Below are positions 1-8,700 of a DNA stretch of 31,569 nt, in pieces. Source of the stretch: a virus (lineage: Duplodnaviria; Caudoviricetes); IMG/VR virus record IMGVR_UViG_3300017783_000117, positions 1 through 31,569 of that record, one strand, 5' to 3'. The position numbers and the translations under genes were made by a program. The notes beneath the pieces were generated by a model. That model made no database searches. It worked only from the letters and a program-made list of their open reading frames with translations, and was not told the origin of the DNA. Numbering within the stretch: position 1 is the first letter of the stretch; each line of letters begins with the position of its first letter.

Positions 1-1226
1 GAACCTGTAACATCACCGGATAAAGTAATTGTTGGGTCAGGTACATTTGTTGCGTTTGAAAAATCTGTATAGAAAGAACTATTTGCACCGTCTAATAAGT
101 CGGCATCTAAACCAGAATATTCTCCATCAACTGTTTTAAGTAATGTTAATATTTCTGATGCTGTTTGATCTGCTGTTGCTCCTGGTTCTATACCATCAAG
201 TTTTGTTCCATCTGCTAATATATCTCGGCCATCAACAGTACCTGTGACTGTAATATCACCTGTAACATCAATTCCTGCACCAAAATCAACATTGGCGTCA
301 AAGGCTGAAATATTTGTTTGGAATAAACTTCCATCAACAGTTGAGACCTCAAATGTATTATTCGAAGTATACCAATCAACTCCATCAACACCTGCGACTG
401 AAACATCAGCGGCTGCTGTTAATCGACCATCTTCGTCAACTGTGAATGTTGGTATAAGAGAAGCTGAACCGTATGAACCAGCAGTTACCGCCGTATTCGC
501 AAGTTCAGTGGAAATAGAAATTGTACCTGAAGCTAAATCTGTTAAAGTGGTCGTCCCTGACCCTGTTACCTTCCCTGTTAAACCGACATCAATTTGAGGA
601 TCAGGTTTGTTCGTAGCATTTGTAAAATCTAAATAATAAGAACCTTCTTGACCATCTAGCAAGTCGGCATCGAATCCGCTGCCTGCACCAATATCACTTG
701 TTGTAATAATACGACCTGTAGATCCACCTGAAGCAATTTCCCAATAATCGTTTGCTTCATTCCATTGTAGAACTACATTTGAATCTGTTCCTCTTTCAAC
801 TTCAAGACCTGCATTTTGACTTGCAGCGCCTGTATGATTAGCATTAAGAGTAATGATGTTATCGGATAACTGAATAGTTTCCGTATTGACATATGTGGTG
901 TTTCCTGATACAGTAAGATTACCTTGAACGATAAGGCTTCCTGCCATTGTATCGTCTTCATCTGATCTCAGGAATTGTGCGGAGGATACTCCGTCTAATA
1001 AATCTGCGTCTAGGCCTGAACCTGCTCCGTCAACTGTTTTAAGTAAGGTAAGAAGATCGTCTGGTGATGCACTAAACTCAACAATGGATTCTGTTCCACT
1101 ATCATCTCGTTTAATGTAGATTTTACCGTCAGCTGTGTTGATCGCAAGTTCACCTAACTCCAATTGAGAGGTAGTCGGAACTCGACCTGCTACGGCGCTT
1201 CTTCTTAACTTAATTAATGTTGACAT
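1..1226 (-). CDS. Tail fibre-like virion protein, 5' part (runs off left edge; absent from ORF track)
   Basis: ATG at 1226-1224 with AAGGA RBS upstream. Hand translation gives MSTLIKLRRSAVAGRVPTTSQLELGELAINTADGKIYIKRDD..., a typical phage-fibre N-terminal motif. Later motifs include GNLTVSGNTTYVNTETIQLSDNIITLN, AGLEVERG and three SG(L/F)DADLLDG copies. The segments translated near both ends and the middle are in one frame, reaching position 3. Confidence 0.88.
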   Translation of the reverse strand, partial: MSTLIKLRRSAVAGRVPTTSQLELGELAINTADGKIYIKRDDSGTESIVEFSASPDDLLTLLKTVDGAGSGLDADLLDGVSSAQFLRSDEDDTMAGSLIVQGNLTVSGNTTYVNTETIQLSDNIITLNANHTGAASQNAGLEVERGTDSNVVLQWNEANDYWEIASGGSTGRIITTSDIGAGSGFDADLLDGQEGSYYLDFTNATNKPDPQIDVGLTGKVTGSGTTTLTDLASGTISISTELANTAVTAGSYGSASLIPTFTVDEDGRLTAAADVSVAGVDGVDWYTSNNTFEVSTVDGSLFQTNISAFDANVDFGAGIDVTGDITVTGTVDGRDILADGTKLDGIEPGATADQTASEILTLLKTVDGEYSGLDADLLDGANSSFYTDFSNATNVPDPTITLSGDVTG

Positions 1227-1253
1227 ATGTATGTCCTTTAAATCCCATATACC

Positions 1254-1260
1254 TATTTAG
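1254..1260 (-). promoter_or_regulatory. Putative T4-type late promoter variant CTAAATA
   Basis: The plus strand reads TATTTAG in the 40-bp intergenic gap, about 28 nt upstream of the ATG at 1226. This is a variant of TATAAATA. Confidence 0.5.
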
Positions 1261-1266
1261 GCAAAT

Positions 1267-4200
1267 TTAAAAGGTTCCTCCATCTAATGTTGTAACTTCT
1301 ACATCACCGCTTGTAACGGTAAAGTTTGCTGTATTAAACGATGCAACACCAATATTGGTATCTGACGCTAATTCACCAGCAATAGTTATTGTATTATCGG
1401 TAACTGTTGTATTAATGCCTTCGCCTGCGGCAAAGTTGATTGTCTCACCTAATGCAACTACATCTGTAGTTCCGGTCTCTGCTGATATAGAAATACCACC
1501 AGTTGTTAGGTTACTGACCGCAGTATCTAAAGATTGTTTATTTACTGCATCTAAACTATTGACAGGGTCTAACAAACCTGTTATAATAGAGTTATCAACA
1601 CTAATACTACTACTAGATGAAGATAATGTTAATCCACCAGAGGTAGTCTCTAATGTATTATTGGCAAGGAAGGTATCATTACCAACCTTTATATTCGTAT
1701 CTGTATTTATCTGTATTAGTCGAGAATCGAAACCCGCAGGGTTTAGTTTATATGTATTATTATCAGAATCAATAAATGATTGAGAATATACGTCTCCGTC
1801 TTTTACATACCAACTATCATTAGACTTATCAAAGTAAGTACCAAAGTTGAAATCATTACTTAAGAAACCAGCTTGCGTACCCAGCGCATAGAAATACATA
1901 TTTCCTGAACCAGTACCCATAATGATTTGTGATACATTTTGCTGATAACCAATATGCATATTTTTAAATCGAGAAGTACCCGATGGATCAGCATAGAATG
2001 ATAAGTTATCTTTACTTACAAATTTCGTTGCTCTTAAATCACCGTTAGATGTATCACCACCTTCTGCATTAATATACCTTGCATCAAGAACATTGTAATC
2101 AAACGTTGTAGTAATATCAACGTTAGAGTTATTAATTACTGTTCCTGCTCCGGTTACATCACCAAGTAGTGCAACCGTAAATGGATTCGTAAAGAAGTTT
2201 ATTTTCTGATTTGGATTATCAGCAATAACTTGAATACCTTGCTCGGTATTATTTCTAACCGCGTCTTCAAGAACACCGTAAATAGAAGGTACGAAGTCAA
2301 CAACCGCGTTGGAAGAAACTGATAAAGGAATATTTACAATAGAACGAACACGTCCGTAAATATCAAACTCAAAGTTTGGTACTGTTCCTTCAACACCAGC
2401 TTCTCTTAAACCTGAGAACGAATCCCATACGGTATCCAAAGCAAAGGCAGTAACATTATTTGCCGAATCGTAACTTTCAATTGTAAGACCAGTTCCAACT
2501 TCAAGACTTGGAGTATTCTCTGTATTGAATAAATCAAGAACGTAAGTATTAGCACCTTTTGTTATATGGAAGTCTCTATCAAAAGTATTCTCTACATAAA
2601 ACTTGGTGACCGCATCTGAGTTTGCGATTGGCTCAGCAAGACCTGTGATAACCGTATTAGAAACATCAATATTTCCACCTACATCAAATACAAGATCAGT
2701 AGATGCAGCTGTTTGTATTGATTGGTCATTGCCAACTGTAAACGCAGTAACTCCTGCAGTTACAAATCTTAATTCGTCGTTATCAGCGCCAGGAGCAGAT
2801 TCTGCTTCAATAAAGGTATCTTGGTCAACGTCTTTGACTCCACCTAAACTTGCCCAAGCATTTCCACTATAACCTTCAAATACTCCATCACTTGTATTGA
2901 AACGAACCATTCCAGCATCAAGAGGATTAGGTCTTTGGGCAGTTGTACCAACAGGAACTGTAATTGCACCAGTTGCATCAACTTCGACTACATCAGTATC
3001 ACTTTTAAGTTTTCTTGTATATACTTCTGACCAATTAGAACCTGTAGCACCAAGATCAAATGTATTATCGGTTTGTGGTAATAAATCAGAAGTAAAGTCA
3101 GCAACTACATTAATTGAATCTGTTACTTGGTCACCTAAGGTTAAATTACCTGCGATTGTTACATCACCTGTAAATGAACCATCACCATCAACAACTAATG
3201 TTGTACCGTCCCAAGTAAATCCTGAATCATCAGTAAGTGCACCTGAAGGACCTGCGACTACAACTCTATTATCTGTTAAACTTGCGACTGATAATACATC
3301 GGTTGTTTGATTGTATGTTAATCCTGCATCACCTTGTATTTGTCCATTTGCTCCTGCGACAAATACTTGACCTTCTGATACTGTTTCAATTGTTGGAGCA
3401 GTTAAGAATTCTGAGCTTGCATTAACGGTTAAGTGACCACCGTCATATTTGATATTATTGTTTGAAGATAGTGCACCTGTATCGGTTACGAACATCATTG
3501 TGTTCGCTTCAAGGTTACCTACTGATAAACTGTCACCTGATAAACCACCTGACGTACTAAAGTCACCATCAACAGAAATACCACCAACGATTGTTAAATT
3601 AGTACCATCCCAAGAAAGGTTTGCTTGACCTTCTAATGTACCGCCACCTGAGGTATAAACAATTGAACCTGGAGCAATTGTAGAAACTGCAGCTCTACCA
3701 AATGTTGCTTTGTCTTCGTCAAAATCAAATACGATATCAGAGTTAGCGCCAAATATCAAATCACCATCGGCTTCGAGAGACATTCTTTGAACGCCTGCCG
3801 TTTTGAATTTTAATTGATCGTTATCTGAACCGGGAGAATCTTCAGCAGTGATTAGAGTATCTTTATCAACGTCTTTAACACTACCTGCTAATTCTGACCA
3901 ACCTATACCATCATAACCTTCAAATCTTTCGTCAGAACTATTATAACGAACCATACCAACTTGATTGTTAGCAGGACGGTCAGCAGTTCCACCAACAGGT
4001 AAAACAAATGCTCCTGTTTCATCAATTGAAACAACACCTGAAGAACTCTTTAATGAAGGAGTAAATATTCTACGCCATTCTTTAGTAGGAGTACCTAAAC
4101 TATATGTATCGGAAGCATCAGGAATAAGGTCAGAAGTAAAGTCAGCAACAACTGTTACTGTATCAACTTCATTATCACCTAAAGTAAGGTTACCACCTAT

Positions 4201-5310
4201 TGTAAGATTACCTGTAATATCGGCATCAGCATCTACTGTAAATGTTGAACCATCAAACCTTAATTTATTACTATCAACTAATTCACCGTCAGTACCTGCG
4301 AAAGTAATTCTGCCTGATGTTAAATCAGTAACATTAACTGAACCTAATTCTGTTTGACCTGGTACTCTAAGTATATCTAAAAATACACCACCTGTTGCCG
4401 TAATGGAAACTCCATCAAAACTCAGATTGGCAGAATCAATTAACTCACCGTTTGCACCGGCATACATGATACGACCTTCATTAAGGTCTTCAATATTAAC
4501 ACTACCTAAAGTTGCTTGGCCGGGTACAGATAGATCATCGAGGAATACACCACCTGTTGCGATAATACTTGTACCATTAAATGTCAACCCAGCAGAATCA
4601 ATAAATTCACCGTTAGCGGCAACGAAAGGAATTCTTCCTGATGTTAAGTCTCTAACATTTAAACTGTCTGTATCTGTTTGACCATCAACTTGTAAACCAT
4701 CAAGGAATACACCACCTGACGCAATTAATGAGTTACCGTCAAATGTTAATCCTGCACTATCAGATACAAAGCCATTAGCACCAGCAAATAATATTCTGCC
4801 ATCTGTAATATTTCTTATGAATAGTGTGTTTGATAATACAGGACCGCCTACATCTAATTCTGTAAGTCCTGTAAGAGTATTAGTAGATTCACCTAATGTA
4901 AGTGATGTTGTACCAATCGTAATATCATCAGTTGATATAACAGTTGAATTGGCAGAAAAGTTTAAAGGATTTAAGCTGACATTTTCAAAATCAGTAACAT
5001 GACCGAAAGTATCAATTGAAATATTTTTAGGATAACTTAAATTTGGATTTGTTGTACTAACAGCGTTTGAAGTATCAGCATGTCCTACAACAACATTTGC
5101 AGCTTCATCAGTAATGGTTTGTGTAATAACAATTCCATCAGCTGAATTAACTTGGCTTACATATGGCCCAATCGTATCAATTCCGAGAACTACGGAATCT
5201 GGTACAATTTGTGGTTTTCTTTCTGCAGGAGCAACTATCGCAGTCGACTGACCTTGCTTCGGGACGGCCTTAATCGTGCGGCCAGCACCGATCTTGACCT
5301 TTATACTCAC
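1267..5310 (-). CDS. Large repeat-containing tail fibre/virion structural protein (1347 aa)
   Basis: GTG start with GGAGG RBS inside the upstream gene. Contains ~53-aa tandem units ([25 protein letters not shown]) and a duplicated module with PVGxTAxRP...GMVRxN...FEGY. DAVTKxYV/DAVNK fibre motifs and a C-terminal DGGTF are present. Acidic and rich in G/T/S/D. Confidence 0.8.
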   Translation of the reverse strand: MSIKVKIGAGRTIKAVPKQGQSTAIVAPAERKPQIVPDSVVLGIDTIGPYVSQVNSADGIVITQTITDEAANVVVGHADTSNAVSTTNPNLSYPKNISIDTFGHVTDFENVSLNPLNFSANSTVISTDDITIGTTSLTLGESTNTLTGLTELDVGGPVLSNTLFIRNITDGRILFAGANGFVSDSAGLTFDGNSLIASGGVFLDGLQVDGQTDTDSLNVRDLTSGRIPFVAANGEFIDSAGLTFNGTSIIATGGVFLDDLSVPGQATLGSVNIEDLNEGRIMYAGANGELIDSANLSFDGVSITATGGVFLDILRVPGQTELGSVNVTDLTSGRITFAGTDGELVDSNKLRFDGSTFTVDADADITGNLTIGGNLTLGDNEVDTVTVVADFTSDLIPDASDTYSLGTPTKEWRRIFTPSLKSSSGVVSIDETGAFVLPVGGTADRPANNQVGMVRYNSSDERFEGYDGIGWSELAGSVKDVDKDTLITAEDSPGSDNDQLKFKTAGVQRMSLEADGDLIFGANSDIVFDFDEDKATFGRAAVSTIAPGSIVYTSGGGTLEGQANLSWDGTNLTIVGGISVDGDFSTSGGLSGDSLSVGNLEANTMMFVTDTGALSSNNNIKYDGGHLTVNASSEFLTAPTIETVSEGQVFVAGANGQIQGDAGLTYNQTTDVLSVASLTDNRVVVAGPSGALTDDSGFTWDGTTLVVDGDGSFTGDVTIAGNLTLGDQVTDSINVVADFTSDLLPQTDNTFDLGATGSNWSEVYTRKLKSDTDVVEVDATGAITVPVGTTAQRPNPLDAGMVRFNTSDGVFEGYSGNAWASLGGVKDVDQDTFIEAESAPGADNDELRFVTAGVTAFTVGNDQSIQTAASTDLVFDVGGNIDVSNTVITGLAEPIANSDAVTKFYVENTFDRDFHITKGANTYVLDLFNTENTPSLEVGTGLTIESYDSANNVTAFALDTVWDSFSGLREAGVEGTVPNFEFDIYGRVRSIVNIPLSVSSNAVVDFVPSIYGVLEDAVRNNTEQGIQVIADNPNQKINFFTNPFTVALLGDVTGAGTVINNSNVDITTTFDYNVLDARYINAEGGDTSNGDLRATKFVSKDNLSFYADPSGTSRFKNMHIGYQQNVSQIIMGTGSGNMYFYALGTQAGFLSNDFNFGTYFDKSNDSWYVKDGDVYSQSFIDSDNNTYKLNPAGFDSRLIQINTDTNIKVGNDTFLANNTLETTSGGLTLSSSSSSISVDNSIITGLLDPVNSLDAVNKQSLDTAVSNLTTGGISISAETGTTDVVALGETINFAAGEGINTTVTDNTITIAGELASDTNIGVASFNTANFTVTSGDVEVTTLDGGTF

Positions 5311-5649
5311 TTATGAAACCTCCGTAATAGTATCAACTACGATTGCCAAGCCTTCTACTATTTTTGTTAGTTCTCCTGTTTGTTTTTCCATGACAACATC
5401 ATATTGGTATTTTCCAGGACTCAACGCTTCTGTTTGCTGATCTGTAAGTACTAATGTGATATCGTTATTTGATACTTCTATGTTGAAGTTGGTTGCTGCT
5501 GATTGTGAGTATACTTTTCTAATGCTGCTATAGAAGTTGTAAACAGAGATGGTCGCATCATCATATTCGACACCTTCATCATTGAACAGATTTAATTCTG
5601 TTCTGAAGTCCAAACCCTTATCGATGTATATATTAGCTCTTGATGCCAT
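5311..5649 (-). CDS. Small conserved-type phage virion protein (112 aa), probable Ig-like/BppU-N-like beta sandwich
   Basis: Motifs ANIYIDKGLDF, ITLVLTDQQTEALSPGKYQYDVV and KIVEGLAIV resemble a family recalled from marine T4-like phages next to fibre genes. Its stop directly abuts the next GTG start. Confidence 0.7.
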   Translation of the reverse strand: MASRANIYIDKGLDFRTELNLFNDEGVEYDDATISVYNFYSSIRKVYSQSAATNFNIEVSNNDITLVLTDQQTEALSPGKYQYDVVMEKQTGELTKIVEGLAIVVDTITEVS

Positions 5650-5688
5650 TGTTATGAAACCTTTTATTAAATTTTTCTATTATTACCT

Positions 5689-5696
5689 TATTTATA
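5689..5696 (-). promoter_or_regulatory. T4-type (gp55 sigma) late promoter TATAAATA
   Basis: Exact consensus (plus strand TATTTATA), intergenic, about 40 nt upstream of the ATG at 5649. Confidence 0.8.
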
Positions 5697-5710
5697 ATAT
5701 CCGGTCCCAC

Positions 5711-5741
5711 AAATAGAAAAGGACATTATTAAAATGCCCTT
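5711..5741 (-). terminator. Putative Rho-independent terminator after the collagen-like fibre gene
   Basis: Minus strand AAGGGCATT-TTAAT-AATGTCCTT forms a 9-bp stem with one G-U pair, followed by TTCTATTT. It lies about 50 nt past the stop at 5792. Confidence 0.6.
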
Positions 5742-5791
5742 GTATTTCCATTAACTTTTAATGACAGAGCACGTTGTTTACATAATATAAT

Positions 5792-8700
5792 TTAGTTCTT
5801 AAGGTCTTCGATTTCTGCTTTTAATTCTTTAATTGCTTCAATCAGTACTCCAACAACGTTGCCGTAAGCTACATGTTTAATACCATCAACCTCTGTCACA
5901 ACCTCTGGAAGGATTGTTTCGATTTCTTGGGCAATAACACCAGTTGCAGTTAAACCAGATTCTTTCCAATCAAAGTTAACTCCTCTTAAACTATCAACCT
6001 TATCAAGCGCATTTTCAATGGTATGAACATTTTCTTTGAGTGATTCGTCAGATGTTGAATTGAAGTTAGCTGCAGTAATATCACCTGTTGTTGTAACAGT
6101 AAATGCTTGACCGTCTAAGTTACCACCTAACTGAGGAGTAGTATCTTCAACAATATTACTTAACGAACCACCGCCGCCACCACCTGTTGGCCATGTTGTA
6201 ATTGTAGTACCGCCAAGTGTTGCTCCACCAGCAATATTAATATTTTCAACAGTAACCATATCGGTTTGTGCTGTATAGAAGAAGTTAGCCTGGTTACCGG
6301 TTTGCATCGGACTTGAACCATGATCATAGTTAGGACCTGTAGTACCATATAATGGTCTTGCACCTGATCCACCTTGAACCATGGTAATGAACATGTTTGT
6401 TGTTTGTAAACCTGAAGCATTAATATCATCAACTTCTACTTCATCAGTTGCACCTGCGGTACCTTGTGGACCAAATCCACCTTGAACACCTTGAGGTCCT
6501 TGCACTGTACTATCAGCACCAGCAGAACCTACTGTACCTTGAGGACCGGCTGGACCTGCATCTCCAGGACTACCCTGAATACCGTCTCCACCTACATCTC
6601 CTTTTTCACCTTGAGTACCCTGTGGTCCGCCACCAGCAGCACCCTGTGGTCCTTCATCTCCAAAGAATCCTTGAGTACCTTGAACACCTTGAACACCTTG
6701 ATCTCCAGGAGTACCAGGAGCACCAGCTCCACCGTCTGCACCATTATCACCTTGAGCACCAGTTTCACCTTGAGCACCTACACTACCGTCTCCACCTGCT
6801 GGACCCGCTGGACCTTGAGGACCTTCTTGACCTAAGCCACCATCTCCACCGGTTGTACCCTGTGGTCCTGAACCACCTGTATCTCCAGTAAATCCTTGTA
6901 AACCTTGAGGACCTTGAACACCATCTTCACCAGCACCAGTTTCACCTTGTGGTCCATACCAACCCTGAGTACCTTGTGGTCCTTGTACTGTTGAATCTGC
7001 TCCTGCCTCTCCAGGTCCACCTTGAACACCTTGAGTACCTTGTGGTCCTTGAACACCAACACCAGCATCTCCAGTAAATCCTTGAGTACCTTGATCCCCT
7101 TGTAATCCGAGATCACCTTGAATACCGTCACCACCAGCTCCACCTTGGAAGCCTTGATTACCTTGAACGCCTTGAGTACCTTGGTCTCCCTGTAAACCTT
7201 GAGGACCGGTTCCGCCAGGACCATCGTTACCTTGAGTTCCTTGATAACCCTGAGCACCTTGAGCACCAGTTCCATCATTACCTTGAACACCTTGGTCTCC
7301 TTGTAAACCTTGAGTACCTTGTGGTCCTTGAACATCACTCGGTGCACCTATTGTTCCTTGAGTACCTTGTAAACCTTGAGTACCCTGAGGTCCAAATCCA
7401 TCAGCACCTTGAGCGCCAAAACCTTGTGGTCCTTGTGTACCTTGGTCGCCTTGTAATCCTTGTGTACCTTGTTGTCCTTCTCCACCAGGCTGACCTTCAT
7501 CACCTGCTCCACCCTGAACACCTTGTGTACCTTGAGTACCTTGAGCACCAGCACCAGCAGGTCCTTGAGCACCGTCGTTACCATCAGAACCGATAATACC
7601 TTGAGTACCTTGGTCCCCTTGTAAACCTTGAGTACCTTGGTTACCCTCTCCGCCAGCTCCTTGGAATCCTAACTCACCTTGAGCTCCGGTAAATCCTTGA
7701 GTACCCTGAACACCTTGAATACCTTGACCACCGCCAGGTCCTTCATCACCTTGATCACCTTGAGTACCCTGAACACCTTGTGTACCTTGATCTCCTTGTC
7801 CTGTATTACCTTGTAGACCTTGGTCACCTTGAGTTCCTTGAACGCCTTGTGTACCTTGAACACCTTGACTACCTGTTGAACCTGTATCACCTGTTCTTGC
7901 GAATGTAATAGTAACATCTTCATTATCAACAAATGTACCATTACCACTTACAAAAGCGGATGATATAATAAAGTAACCTGTAACCTCTGTAAGAGCAGAG
8001 ATTGTAAATATTTGGAATGTTTCTGGAGTACCTTTCTTAGTAATTCTAAAGTGACCTTTAATAGGACTTGTAGAATCATCAATTGTTCTAAGGAAAGGTT
8101 CAATATTAACAAAGTTATCATCTCTATCACCGATATAAGTAGCGGTAACAGAAGAATAAGTACTGTTATTGAATTTTAATCCACCGATACCAGGTGAGTT
8201 GTTAACTGTATCTGTTTTAAAGGTATAGTCAAAAGTAATACCACCGAACGACCCAGATTCACCTTGATCACCCTGCGTACCTTGAATGCCTTGAGTACCT
8301 TGTGTACCTTGACCAATTAAACCTTGGAATCCTTGGAAACCCTGTGTACCTTGAGGTCCTTGAATACCAGCTGGGCCACGAGGAACAAATGTTAATAACG
8401 TTTCAACTCCATGAGAAGAAGTAACTGTTGTCCAACTTGAAGCATTACCATCAATATAAACAACATCAAAGTAACCGTAATTCTTAGCACCCGAATCCCA
8501 AGTCCAATCTGTAATTTCGTAAACTAACCAATGATGTCCGCCAGGACCTGGATCTCCGCCTGCACCTATTTGAATTTTTAAATAAGCCTTTGGTGATCCT
8601 GGGAAAGAATCAATATAATCTAATAAAGCATCAATCTCTGTTGTAAATTGGTCAGCAGGAACATCGTCAAGTGTAATTAATGTAGCAAGTTGAGGATTAG

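Noticed and set aside
244-5002. Plus-strand ORFs of 60-142 aa antisense to the fibre genes
   Set aside because: They are in-register antisense shadows of G/T/D/N-rich coding sequence (S/V/P/T-rich translations), with no recognisable motifs.
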